Positions 21,017 through 31,871 of a stretch of 64,000 nt of DNA are shown in pieces. A model generated the notes under the pieces. It searched no databases, was not told where the DNA came from, and saw only the letters and a list, made by a program, of their open reading frames with translations. How positions within the stretch are numbered: position 1 is the first letter of the stretch; each line of letters starts with the position of its first letter. The position numbers were made by a program, and so were the translations under genes. This stretch comes from an uncultured Piscirickettsiaceae bacterium (GTDB lineage: Bacteria > Pseudomonadota > Gammaproteobacteria > Thiomicrospirales > Thiomicrospiraceae). Where the stretch lies: the NCBI GenBank assembly GCA_964471975.1, contig CAYYIL010000006.1, forward strand, positions 13,034 to 77,033. Direction: 5' to 3'.

Positions 21017-22234
21017 ATGGATCGACATATCTTTTGCATCAAACAGCCCATCCTCGATGCCGAGCAAAAGCTGCACAGCTACAGCTATACCCTGCAGGCA
21101 ATCGGCAACAGGACACTTACCGATCAGGCCTGGGAAGATGAAGCACGTTCACTTTTTGCCGACCTGCAGAAGGACGACAGCCTCGAGGCCCTCGCCGGCC
21201 CCAATTACTGTTTCTACCGCGTACCTTACGTGCTGCTCAAGCCCGATGTACTGCCCCCGGTTGCCGATCGCACGCGCCTGATTATCGAAATTGATCGCGA
21301 CATCATTGGCAACCGCGATGCGCTGGCCTACCTCAAGGCCCTGCACAGCGATGGTCTGCAGATTGCCCTGCACGACTATCGGGACGAGGAAGAGTATGCC
21401 AAGCTGCTGAACGTTGCCCACTTTGTCAAACTCAACCTGAAAACCCTGGGTGAAGAGACAGTCCTTGCCCTCTATCGCCGCCTCAGGGACACCCATACCC
21501 CTATCGTCACCCACGTGGAGGACGAAGCCCAGTTCCAGCGCCTGAAAGCAGAAGGGGTGGAACTCTTCCAGGGCTACTACTTTGTGAATCCGGTCATCAG
21601 TGCCGATCAGGAGCTTGGTCCCAACGAGGCCGCCCTGCTGCAACTGGTCGCCGAGCTGAACAATGACGACACCGACTTTGATCGGCTTGCGGAAATCATC
21701 TCCACCGATGTGGCCCTGACGCACCAGCTGCTGGCCGCCATCAACCACCCCAGCAATGACCTGCCGCGGGAAGTGACCAGCATCGAGGATGCCGTGCAGC
21801 TGATGGGCCTCAAGCGCCTCAAGTTCTGGGTCACCATCATGCTGCTCAGCCGGGCGGAAGGCGTGCCGGCAGAGCTGCTCAAGACGGCGCTCACGCGCGG
21901 CAAGTTCATGGAAACCCTCGCTGCGCACGTGCCGGCGCATGAGCGAGAAAAGGACGCCTACTTCCTGGTGGGCCTGTTCTCTACCCTCAATGCCTTCTTC
22001 CACCTGCCCATGCAGGATCTGGTGGATCAGCTGCCGCTGGCCGAACCGCTGAAAAAGGCGTTGACTGACTATGAAGGCAGCATGGGACAGGCGCTGCGCA
22101 TTGCCAAGGCGCTGGAACAGGGCAGTACCGACCTGATGAGCCTGCGATTTGAGCAGATGGACATTATGAGCATTTCGACCTTCTACCTCACCGCTTCAAC
22201 GTGGGCCACCAACATCCTTCAATCTGCGGGATAA
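21017..22234 (+). CDS. EAL-like (degenerate) + HDOD domain signalling protein
   Basis: N-terminal QPILDAEQKLHSYSYTLQA sits where EAL proteins have QPI...gyEaLlR. C-terminal HDOD-type region (VALTHQLLAAINHP...LMGLKRLKFWV). Paralogue of 51846..53069. Confidence 0.7.
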   Translation: MDRHIFCIKQPILDAEQKLHSYSYTLQAIGNRTLTDQAWEDEARSLFADLQKDDSLEALAGPNYCFYRVPYVLLKPDVLPPVADRTRLIIEIDRDIIGNRDALAYLKALHSDGLQIALHDYRDEEEYAKLLNVAHFVKLNLKTLGEETVLALYRRLRDTHTPIVTHVEDEAQFQRLKAEGVELFQGYYFVNPVISADQELGPNEAALLQLVAELNNDDTDFDRLAEIISTDVALTHQLLAAINHPSNDLPREVTSIEDAVQLMGLKRLKFWVTIMLLSRAEGVPAELLKTALTRGKFMETLAAHVPAHEREKDAYFLVGLFSTLNAFFHLPMQDLVDQLPLAEPLKKALTDYEGSMGQALRIAKALEQGSTDLMSLRFEQMDIMSISTFYLTASTWATNILQSAG

Positions 22235-22264
22235 CCTGAAGCCTTTCCCCATAAAAAGAAGAAA

Positions 22265-22287
22265 AGCGCCTCTGGGCGCTTTTTTTG
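22265..22287 (+). terminator. Intrinsic terminator
   Basis: AGCGCC-tctg-GGCGCT followed by TTTTTTT. Confidence 0.8.
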
Positions 22288-22362
22288 TCGTGCCCCCATC
22301 CATAACTGACAGGTCACCCCGGCAGGCCGCCTCCAGACCACAGTTGTTGCTGACAACCAGGC

Positions 22363-22390
22363 ACAAAAAAGCCCGCCGGAAGGCGGGCTT
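22363..22390 (-). terminator. Intrinsic terminator after soxD
   Basis: AAGCCCGCC-ggaa-GGCGGGCTT, with a T-run on the minus strand. Confidence 0.8.
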
Positions 22391-22429
22391 TGACACGGTT
22401 CAGGCAATCAAAGTCAGGATTAAGTTAAC

Positions 22430-23503
22430 TTAGAAGCCTTTGTGACCAACGCCTGGTGCAGAATCATGATAACGCTGCGGTACGTTGTACTGCAGTTCAC
22501 CATTCGGCAGGCGGCGAGCCTGACGGAAGTGGTGGATATCACCCGCACCGTCGCCAACCAGGTAGTCCGGGCAGTCCTTCATGCACCGCTTGTTGTGCGT
22601 AATCGGACGGTGATCACAGAAGAAGTTGCCCTGGTTCTTCATGTACTTATTGGCCGCGATAATGACCTGCGGAGTCGCCTTATCGCTGTCATCCAGCTCG
22701 GTACCCTTATCATCGATGGGGATGCCGTTAGACTGGATCAGGTAGGCCGCAATGCCCAGATAGCCCTTGTCACCGATGGCCGGAGACTGGGGTGACCAGA
22801 AGGGCATGGCCCGACGGCTGTAGTCGAAGATGGTGATTGCATACGGCCAGTAGTTGCCAATGGTCTTCATGGGTGCCGGATCGCGGAAGTCGGAGGTCAC
22901 CAGATCTTCATCCACCGCCAGCGGCAGGTAGCCCTTGGCCCCTTCACCGAACTCACCGTGACACATGCCGCAGAACTGCACGTAGATGTTGCCACCCTTT
23001 TCAACGGTGACCGCTTCGTCTGCTGAAATCTTCGGGAAGCCGTTGCCGTCACCATCCACATCGATCATCCACGGCTTGATGGCGGATTCGGCAATCGGCT
23101 TGCCATAACCGTACGCGACATAGTCTGATTTCTCATGCTTCTCGGCGCTGTCCCATACTTCGACCCACGCCTTCGGCACCTTACACTGACTGTTGCCGTG
23201 CGGGCCACCGTCGATGGCGTCGTCCACCTCAAAGGAGTAGGGGTTGTTGGGATCCAGCTTGGCACGCAGGGAGTTCACATCCGGACCAAGGATCTTTTCC
23301 ATCACCTCACGGTCCAGATACTTGCCACCGTTCGCCTTGATGATTTCGCGGTAGTTGGCAGCCCACTTGCCTTCAATCTTGCCCGCCTGTGCGGCCGTCT
23401 TGCCGCCCTTGTCGCTGCTGCTCATGGCAAAGGCTGAACCGGCTGCCATGGCGGCAACCACTGCAGCGGCGATCAGAGATTTCTTAGTATTGAACATTTT
23501 CAA
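22430..23503 (-). CDS. soxD: SoxD-like c-type cytochrome subunit of sulfite/sulfane dehydrogenase
   Basis: Signal peptide KKSLIAAAVVAAMAAGSAFA, a single CGMCH heme site, and NYWPYAITIFDYSRRAMPFWSP. TTG start at 23503 lies 5 nt after GGAGG (alternative ATG at 23497). Overlaps the soxC stop by 20 nt. Confidence 0.75.
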   Translation of the reverse strand: MKMFNTKKSLIAAAVVAAMAAGSAFAMSSSDKGGKTAAQAGKIEGKWAANYREIIKANGGKYLDREVMEKILGPDVNSLRAKLDPNNPYSFEVDDAIDGGPHGNSQCKVPKAWVEVWDSAEKHEKSDYVAYGYGKPIAESAIKPWMIDVDGDGNGFPKISADEAVTVEKGGNIYVQFCGMCHGEFGEGAKGYLPLAVDEDLVTSDFRDPAPMKTIGNYWPYAITIFDYSRRAMPFWSPQSPAIGDKGYLGIAAYLIQSNGIPIDDKGTELDDSDKATPQVIIAANKYMKNQGNFFCDHRPITHNKRCMKDCPDYLVGDGAGDIHHFRQARRLPNGELQYNVPQRYHDSAPGVGHKGF

Positions 23504-24836
23504 TCAAGCCTCCGTTTTTGCTATCCCAGGCATGTACGCGCCATGTCACCATCGCGGTGCGGTGGTAAACGTTGTTGGTGCCTTCGATGGCACGCATCTG
23601 CGGCATCGGCGGCTGTACGTAGCCGGTTTCGTCGGTGACGCGGCTCATCAGGAAGGCTTCCTTGCCGTCCCAATCCCATTCGATTTCGAAACGGGTCCAC
23701 GCCTTGTCCAGTACCGGCGAAGTGAAGTGCGCTTCGTGCCAGTTCTTGCCGCCGTCGAAGGTGACGTCCACATGGGCCACCTTGCCGCGACCGGACCAGG
23801 CCAGCCCCTTAACCACATAGCGACCCGGCCCCTGCATGCGGTAGTCCGGAGACGGATAGGTAATGACGGAGTTGGGCTCCATGTACCAGGAGAAGCGCTG
23901 TGCGGTTCCGTCCGGCATCAGCTCGGTGTACTTGGAGGTCTCTTCGCGGTGCTGCAGCGGCACATCGGAAACCTTGATGCGGCGCAGGTACTTCACCCAC
24001 ATGTTGGCTTCACAGCCCGGGACCACCAGACGGATCGGATAGCCCTGCTCGCGACGCAGCGCTTCACCGTTCTGCGCATAGGCGACAAAGCAGTCGTCCA
24101 TGGCGATTTCCAGCGGGATGGAACGGGACATGCCGGAAGCGTCATCGCCTTCAGGAATGATCCAGCGCGCCTTGTCCAGCTTAATGCCGGCTTCCTTCAA
24201 CAGATCAGACAGACGTACACCGGTGTATTCCACGCAGGACATCATGCCGTGGGTCCACTGTACGGAGTTCAGCTGCACGCCCTTCCATTCCATCGCGCCG
24301 TTGGCGGGACACTCGATGAAGTGAATGCGGGAGATGGAGGGGAAGCGCTTCAGATCATCAACGGTGAAAATCAGCGGACGCTCGACCAGACCGTGAATCA
24401 CCAGGCGGTGTTTTTTGGGATCGATGTCTGCCGCCCCGCCGTGGAAGCGCTCAAAGTGCAGACCATTGGGGGTGATGATACCGTGCAGGCTCTGAATGGG
24501 GGTCATGGTGATGGACGCGTAGGTGTCCGGCGTCAGCCATTCCAGCGTACGGCGTACCACGTCCTTCTCGTAGGGCGAGGGCACACCGTAGGGGTATTTC
24601 ATGACACCGAAGCCCAGACGATGACGCATTGCGCCATCCTTCACAGGCTCAGTAATCTCCTTCTGGCCCGCGTAAGGCGCCACAGCCTTCTTGGGGTCAT
24701 AGTCGGCGGAGGCGGCCTTGGTAAACAGCACGCCACCGGCGACGGCCGCAGTACCCTTCAGAAAGGCGCGGCGGCTCTGGCTGCGGCTCTCCTCGGATTG
24801 CACTGCAACCTTTTCTTCAACGCGATTATCAGTCAT
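23484..24836 (-). CDS. soxC: SoxC-like molybdopterin sulfite/sulfane dehydrogenase
   Basis: Tat signal SRRAFLKGTAAVAGG and a sulfite-oxidase-family Moco domain (HGLVERPLIFTVDDLKRFP...FIECPANG). ATG at 24836 follows AAGGAG. Confidence 0.8.
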   Translation of the reverse strand: MTDNRVEEKVAVQSEESRSQSRRAFLKGTAAVAGGVLFTKAASADYDPKKAVAPYAGQKEITEPVKDGAMRHRLGFGVMKYPYGVPSPYEKDVVRRTLEWLTPDTYASITMTPIQSLHGIITPNGLHFERFHGGAADIDPKKHRLVIHGLVERPLIFTVDDLKRFPSISRIHFIECPANGAMEWKGVQLNSVQWTHGMMSCVEYTGVRLSDLLKEAGIKLDKARWIIPEGDDASGMSRSIPLEIAMDDCFVAYAQNGEALRREQGYPIRLVVPGCEANMWVKYLRRIKVSDVPLQHREETSKYTELMPDGTAQRFSWYMEPNSVITYPSPDYRMQGPGRYVVKGLAWSGRGKVAHVDVTFDGGKNWHEAHFTSPVLDKAWTRFEIEWDWDGKEAFLMSRVTDETGYVQPPMPQMRAIEGTNNVYHRTAMVTWRVHAWDSKNGGLIENVQY

Positions 24837-25082
24837 TGATAGTGCTCCTTGATTGGTATTCTTGCTCGGTAACACCAACAGTCAGTGCCTGCACTTAAGG
24901 CACCTCCACAGTGTGCCTGCAGCACAAGCGGTTGTGTTGGCCTGTCCGTTCAACTACAAGCGGACAGGTCGCACAAGCGTGTCCTGCAATCTTAACGTGG
25001 CAATAGAAAGCGGCGCAAGATAACGAATTCAAAAAATCATTAAATCCTGATATAAATTTTTTATGAGGGCGGCAACCCCCTT

Positions 25083-25514
25083 CTATGAGTCGAGATGCCC
25101 TTCACGACGCATCACTTCACAGACGGTGCCTCCGCCATTGGGGTCCTCAATGGCGCGCGCCACATCGTGCATGAACTGGTTCAGCTCCTCGACTGTAAAA
25201 ACGCTTAGCAGCCGATTCATAATTTCCGGCGGCAGCAGCACGGTGGTATAGCTGCCGTCCTTGAGCTGAATCTGCATGCCGGTCATGGCAATGCTTTCGT
25301 CCTCGGCCTCCACCATATCCGCCTGGTCGCCAAAAAAGAGTTCGTCATACAGCGCTTCCGCCGCTTCGGCCAGTGCATCGCCCACCGTACCGGTGAGGCG
25401 CACCACCACGCCGTCGGGCTGCTCGACGATTTCGGTGCCCGCCCCTTCCGCCTCGCACCCACGGGCAAAGCGTTCAGCCAGACCGTGATCAAAAAAGAGA
25501 TATTCGTATTCCAT
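25083..25514 (-). CDS. Hypothetical acidic protein (144 aa)
   Basis: ATG at 25514 follows GGGGAGGG. The ORF has coding-like composition, but I recognise no family. Confidence 0.4.
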   Translation of the reverse strand: MEYEYLFFDHGLAERFARGCEAEGAGTEIVEQPDGVVVRLTGTVGDALAEAAEALYDELFFGDQADMVEAEDESIAMTGMQIQLKDGSYTTVLLPPEIMNRLLSVFTVEELNQFMHDVARAIEDPNGGGTVCEVMRREGHLDS

Positions 25515-25567
25515 TGCACCCTCCCCGTTTGTGCGTATCATTTGAAAGCATTGCTTCCGCATTGTAA

Positions 25568-27423
<1,856 letters not shown>

Positions 27424-27440
27424 TCAGCCCGAGTTTCAAG

Positions 27441-27465
27441 AAAAACAAAGACGCCGCAGGGCGTC
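27441..27465 (-). terminator. Intrinsic terminator after the degenerate-GGDEF gene
   Basis: GACGCC-gcag-GGCGTC, with TTTGTTTTT on the minus strand. Confidence 0.65.
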
Positions 27466-27513
27466 ATACCACGGCGAGCCCCTGCTTTTCACGGGGCGAG
27501 AGGGGCAGGCTGC

Positions 27514-28611
27514 TCAATGGGCATTCATATAGGCCGCCTGCATCAGCGCCTCGAGCGCAGCGCGATCTTGCGGGTCATCCACTTGGGCCTCATAAAAGCC
27601 AAATCCCAGTCGGAAGGTGAGATAGCGTCCCTTCTCCTCCACATAGTAGGGCTGCTCCAGCGCTTCGCGCTCGCCCAGCAGCGCCGCCTGGACCGCCTCG
27701 CTGCGGTCGGCAACCACCACCACAAAGTTGTCTCCCACCAGCCGTCCCACACAGATGGCCTGATCGTGCCCCTCGATCCAGCGCTGCAGCCGTTCTGCAA
27801 TCGCAACCAGCACCTGATCCCCCACAGCCACCGACTCGTTCAGGTTGATGCGGCGCAAGTCCACCACGTCAATCACTGCGAAAGTCACCTGACTGCCCGC
27901 TGCCAGCCGCCCGCTGCACTGCTTGAGCACGCCATGGCGATTGGGCAGACCGGTCAGGACGTCTTCGTGCTGCAGGCGGCTGAACAGACGCTTGATCTCG
28001 ATCTGCTCGGTAATGTCGTGCAGCACGCAACGGCACATGCGCATGCCGTGAAAGCTGAAGCAGCTCACCTGATGGCGGACCCATATCAGGCCCCGATGCG
28101 GGGTTCGCAGCCGAAACTCATACGTGTGCGCCAGCGGCACTTCACGCTGATTCCAAATCTCCGCCTGGTAACGGCGCCAGGCCGCCACATCCTCCGGATG
28201 AATCAACGCCTCGAAAAACTCGGGCGAAAGGCGAAAGACGTCGGCGTCGTAACCAGTCAGTGCCTTGATCTGCGGCGAGATATACCAGAAGCGCCCCTCC
28301 TCGCGCAGAATGAGCACATCGTGGGCATCGCCCACCAGATGGGCCAGCAGCTCCGCTTCCCACTCCAGGCGCGTCTTCAATGCGGAAATGACGCTCCAGA
28401 GCAGGCCAAACAGCACCCCGACCACCGTTGGCACAATCCAGAAGGTCCATTGGTGGATATCAGCCGTAGAATGATCGATCCTTACCCGCTGAATGGTTGC
28501 GGCCACATAGACAAGCGCCATGGCCAGCGGCAGACGCCACAGCCTGGTCAGCAGAATGCGCCAGAACAGACGGTCCAGCACATCGGGGCGTTGTTCAGTT
28601 TCCGTGCGCAT
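27514..28611 (-). CDS. Membrane PAS + degenerate GGDEF-domain protein
   Basis: Two N-terminal TM helices, a PAS-like middle and DVLTGLPNR. The signature reads RLVGDNFVVVV (VGDNF instead of GGDEF). Confidence 0.75.
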   Translation of the reverse strand: MRTETEQRPDVLDRLFWRILLTRLWRLPLAMALVYVAATIQRVRIDHSTADIHQWTFWIVPTVVGVLFGLLWSVISALKTRLEWEAELLAHLVGDAHDVLILREEGRFWYISPQIKALTGYDADVFRLSPEFFEALIHPEDVAAWRRYQAEIWNQREVPLAHTYEFRLRTPHRGLIWVRHQVSCFSFHGMRMCRCVLHDITEQIEIKRLFSRLQHEDVLTGLPNRHGVLKQCSGRLAAGSQVTFAVIDVVDLRRINLNESVAVGDQVLVAIAERLQRWIEGHDQAICVGRLVGDNFVVVVADRSEAVQAALLGEREALEQPYYVEEKGRYLTFRLGFGFYEAQVDDPQDRAALEALMQAAYMNAH

Positions 28612-29125
28612 GCCTCGCCTTCAGGGCCACATAGTGTGCGGCGGAGTATTTGAAAAAGGCCTTTTCTTCATCGGTGAGCGGCCGCGCCTTCTTGACCGGT
28701 GCGCCTACATAGAGCCAGCCGCTTTCCAGCACCTTGCCCGGTGGGACCAGCGCATGGGCGCCAATAATGGTGTGTCGCGGCACCACCGCACCATCGAGCA
28801 CGACAGCATTCATGCCGATCAGCACCTCATCCTCGATGGTGCAGCCGTGCAGTGTCGCATTGTGGCCCACGGTCACATCGGCACCGACGCGCGTGGGCGC
28901 CCCCGGGCTCCATTCACTTTCGTGGGTGACATGGACCACCACGCCGTCCTGAATATTGGTGCGCGGGCCGATATCGATCCGGTTCACATCCCCCCGCAGC
29001 ACCGCCATGGGCCAGATGCTGACGTCTTCCGCCAGGGTGCACCGCCCCAGCACCAGTGCTTCCTCGGCAACCCAGGCGCCCGGCGCCAGCTGCGGCATGT
29101 AATCTTCAAACGCTCTGATGGTCAT
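28595..29125 (-). CDS. Gamma-carbonic-anhydrase-like hexapeptide-repeat protein (YrdA/PaaY family)
   Basis: Left-handed beta-helix repeats: SIWPMAVLRGDVNRIDIGPRTNIQDGVVVH and VGHNATLHGCTIEDEVLIGMNAVVLDGA. Confidence 0.8.
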   Translation of the reverse strand: MTIRAFEDYMPQLAPGAWVAEEALVLGRCTLAEDVSIWPMAVLRGDVNRIDIGPRTNIQDGVVVHVTHESEWSPGAPTRVGADVTVGHNATLHGCTIEDEVLIGMNAVVLDGAVVPRHTIIGAHALVPPGKVLESGWLYVGAPVKKARPLTDEEKAFFKYSAAHYVALKARHAHGN

Positions 29126-29171
29126 GGGGCCCTTACTTTGCTATCCATTCTGAAAAAACTCACAAAAGGGG

Positions 29172-29199
29172 TTTACAAGCGTCCGGTTATCTCTATAAT
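29172..29199 (+). promoter_or_regulatory. Sigma70-type promoter for tRNA-Leu
   Basis: TTTACA (29172-29177), a 16-nt spacer, then TATAAT (29194-29199), about 21 nt upstream of the tRNA 5' end. Confidence 0.6.
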
Positions 29200-29220
29200 A
29201 CGCCGTCATCTATCCAGTGT

Positions 29221-29307
29221 GCGGATGTGGCGGAACTGGTAGACGCGCAGGGTTCAGGTCTCTGTGGGGTAAAACCCGTGTGAGTTCGACTCTCACCATC
29301 CGCACCA
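29221..29307 (+). tRNA. tRNA-Leu (anticodon CAG), CCA encoded
   Basis: Acceptor stem GCGGATG/CATCCGC, anticodon stem CAGGG/CTCTG with loop TTCAGGT, a long variable arm, T-arm GAGTTCGACTCTC and a 3' CCA. Confidence 0.9.
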
Positions 29308-29460
29308 ATCTTCTCCATCTCTCTCCAATCCCCGATACCTCATTTTTGCAAAGGTTAATGCAACATTATCCTCGCTTTTGCCTCGACCACAAGGCCACTT
29401 TCTGCTTTAATCTTTCCTCATGACCAGACGATATAGACAAAAAATATTCGAGGAGGAAGC

Positions 29461-29796
29461 ATGACACCCGAAGAACGCCGCGCCCATGCCCGCGTACCCG
29501 TCAACCGTCCCATCATTATCAAAATGCCCAACGACCACACTGTCTTCGGCACTACCAGCGACCTGTCTCTCAAGGGCGTGGGACTGTTCAGTGAGGAACC
29601 GGTTCCTGAAGGGGCTCAGCTGGAAGTGCGCTTCGAGGTGGAAGACAACCAGGATCATCGCTTTCATGACTACCGCTTTACCGGGGTGGTGCGTCACTGC
29701 ATCGACACCATGGAGCAGGCCTATCACGTAGGGGTGGAACTGAAAGAAACCAATCAGGATTACGAACAGGTGTTCGACCATCTTATCAGTGCATAA
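29461..29796 (+). CDS. PilZ-domain c-di-GMP binding protein
   Basis: RRAHAR (RxxxR) followed by DLSLKG (DxSxxG). 111 aa. Confidence 0.75.
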   Translation: MTPEERRAHARVPVNRPIIIKMPNDHTVFGTTSDLSLKGVGLFSEEPVPEGAQLEVRFEVEDNQDHRFHDYRFTGVVRHCIDTMEQAYHVGVELKETNQDYEQVFDHLISA

Positions 29797-29820
29797 GCCC
29801 TGCCCTTGAGCGACAGAAAC

Positions 29821-29850
29821 AAAAAGCCCGCCGGTTCTGGCGGGCTTTTT
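29821..29850. terminator. Bidirectional intrinsic terminator between the convergent PilZ and Pro-rich genes
   Basis: AAAAAGCCCGCC-ggttct-GGCGGGCTTTTT. Confidence 0.8.
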
Positions 29851-29861
29851 GATGCAACGCG

Positions 29862-30296
29862 TTAGCGTGCTGGCGGTCCGTAGCCGGGCGGCGGCGGTGG
29901 AGGCATGGCCCCGGGGCCAAAGCCGGGAGGGGGTGGCGGCGGCGCATAACCCGGTGGAGGGGGTGGCGGCGCGTAGCCCTGCGGTGGCTGAGGGGGTGCA
30001 TAACCCGGAGGCGGTCCGTAGCCGGGCGGTGGTCCATAGGCAGGTGGCGCACCGTAATAGGCCGGCGGCGGCGGAGGCGGATAACCACCATACGCCCACG
30101 GCGGCGGACCATAATAGTCGTCATCGTCATCGAAATCGTCCGCAAACTCCTCCATCCAATACATGGGCGTCCATTCCGGCCAGTCGTTATCATCCCACGG
30201 GTCGTCCTTGCCAAAGCCACAGCAGCCAGCACTTGCCTGCTGCGCACTCAATCCCATGAACCCGGCCACAAACAGTGCCAGAAGCGTTTTCTTCAT
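29862..30296 (-). CDS. Secreted Pro/Gly/Tyr-rich low-complexity protein with an acidic N-terminal segment
   Basis: Sec signal MKKTLLALFVAGFMGLSAQQASA, an acidic block DDFDDDDDYY, then about 80 aa of PPPGY/PPPPPP repeats. Flanked by terminators, with an AT-rich upstream spacer. Confidence 0.6.
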   Translation of the reverse strand: MKKTLLALFVAGFMGLSAQQASAGCCGFGKDDPWDDNDWPEWTPMYWMEEFADDFDDDDDYYGPPPWAYGGYPPPPPPAYYGAPPAYGPPPGYGPPPGYAPPQPPQGYAPPPPPPGYAPPPPPPGFGPGAMPPPPPPGYGPPAR

Positions 30297-30443
30297 GGTG
30301 TCATCCTCTGTTGTCGTTTTGCTTGATGCACCTTCATCTTAAAAACGCCTGAAGGGAAAGGGAAATAAAAATAATCTTTTGCCGATAAACCGCACTCATA
30401 TCATGCCTCCATGAAACCGACCGCATCCCATACAGACGGCCGA

Positions 30444-30474
30444 AACAAAAAACGGCGCCGACAGTGCGGCGCCG
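30444..30474 (-). terminator. Intrinsic terminator after the TRAP solute-binding gene
   Basis: CGGCGCCG-acagtg-CGGCGCCG, with TTTTTTGTTT on the minus strand. Confidence 0.7.
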
Positions 30475-30501
30475 CCCAAAAAGGTAAATCGGCGGAACGA
30501 C

Positions 30502-31626
30502 TTACATTTCGTCGCGCGCCTTGAGGTAGCTCAGTTCGGACAGGTCCGTCCACTTGCGCACCTGTGCCAGGAACGCCTTCTGCGACGCCCAGACCTTGGC
30601 GGCCATGGGGTCACTGTTGGTGACATCGGCGATCACCTCAAGTGTCAGCTCGCGAAATTTCTTCAGCACGTCATCCGGGAAGCGACGCAGCTGCACGCCA
30701 TGTTTTTCCACCAGGGTCTGCAGTGCCTGCTGGTTACGGGCGGTGTATTCCGCAAGCATCTCCAAGTTGACGATCTTGCAGGCGTTTTCCACGATCAGCT
30801 GCAAATCCTTGGGCAGCCTGGCGAAGGCTTCTGCATTGACAATCGCCTCCATGGCACTGCCCGGCTCGTGCCAACCCGGTGTGTAATAGTACCTGGCCAC
30901 CTTGTAGAAACCGAACGCCAGATCATTGTAGGGGCCCACCCACTCGGTGGCATCGATGGCTCCAGACTGCATGGCCTGGAACAGCTCGCCACCCGGCAGG
31001 GTCACGGGAATGCCGCCGGCACGTTTGAGCACTTCTCCGCCGAACCCGGGGATACGCATCTTCAGCCCCTTGATGTCTTCAAGGCTGTTGATCTCCTTGT
31101 TGAACCAGCCGCCCATCTGCGGACCGGTATTGCCTGCCGGGAAGGGAATCAGGCCGAACGGCTTGTAGGCCTCGTGCCACAGCTTGACGCCGTCCGCCTT
31201 GTAGAACCACGCATTGATTTCGTCCGGGGTAAAACCAAAGGGAATCGCGGAGAAAAACGGCGCTGCCGGAATCTTGCCTTTCCAGTAATAGGCCCCGCCA
31301 TGACCGATCTGCGCCGTGCCACGGGAGACAGCATCGAATGCCTCAAAGGCACCGACCAGCTCGCCGGCACCATACACCTTGACCCGGATGCGACCACCGG
31401 AAAGCTGTTCGATCAACTCTGCCAGGCGGTTGGCGCCGGTACCCAGCCCGGGAAAGTTCTTCGGCCAGGTGGTCACCATTTTCCAGTGAAAGGTTTCACT
31501 GGACTGCACCGGCGGCTGCACGCCCTTGGGCGCTTCCTCATTCTTGCCACAGGCGCTCAGCGCCGTGGCAGCCGCTGTCCCGGCCACTGCCCCCAAAAGC
31601 TCCCGTCGTTTCATGCGCTCACTCAT
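30502..31626 (-). CDS. TRAP transporter solute-binding protein (DctP family) with Tat/lipoprotein-like signal
   Basis: RRELLGAVAGTAAATALSAC signal, then WKMVTTWPKNFPGLGTGANRLAE...GAYYW typical of DctP-type receptors. No permease genes adjacent. Confidence 0.75.
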   Translation of the reverse strand: MSERMKRRELLGAVAGTAAATALSACGKNEEAPKGVQPPVQSSETFHWKMVTTWPKNFPGLGTGANRLAELIEQLSGGRIRVKVYGAGELVGAFEAFDAVSRGTAQIGHGGAYYWKGKIPAAPFFSAIPFGFTPDEINAWFYKADGVKLWHEAYKPFGLIPFPAGNTGPQMGGWFNKEINSLEDIKGLKMRIPGFGGEVLKRAGGIPVTLPGGELFQAMQSGAIDATEWVGPYNDLAFGFYKVARYYYTPGWHEPGSAMEAIVNAEAFARLPKDLQLIVENACKIVNLEMLAEYTARNQQALQTLVEKHGVQLRRFPDDVLKKFRELTLEVIADVTNSDPMAAKVWASQKAFLAQVRKWTDLSELSYLKARDEM

Positions 31627-31871
31627 GACAACACCATCCTCCTGTTTTATTGAAATGCGACCTTTTGCATTCTAACGCGACCGCTTTTTGATTGAAACGC
31701 TGGCCAAGCATCCCCATGAATCTAAAGAATGCGCGGCAAATACCAAGGCATATGCGTGCGGCAGAATGCCCCGCAACATGGTCGGCCTCCCGATCAGTCA
31801 GTGGGCAAAGCCGGTGCCGCGGCCGCTTTCCGGTCCGTGTATCGAGACATTCAAGGAAAGGAGGGATCACC

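Noticed and set aside
29221-30501. tRNA-Leu as an integration site for a genomic islet (PilZ plus the Pro-rich gene downstream)
   Set aside because: There is no integrase and I saw no direct repeat of the tRNA 3' end downstream. The GC content of the downstream genes is as high as that of the core genome.
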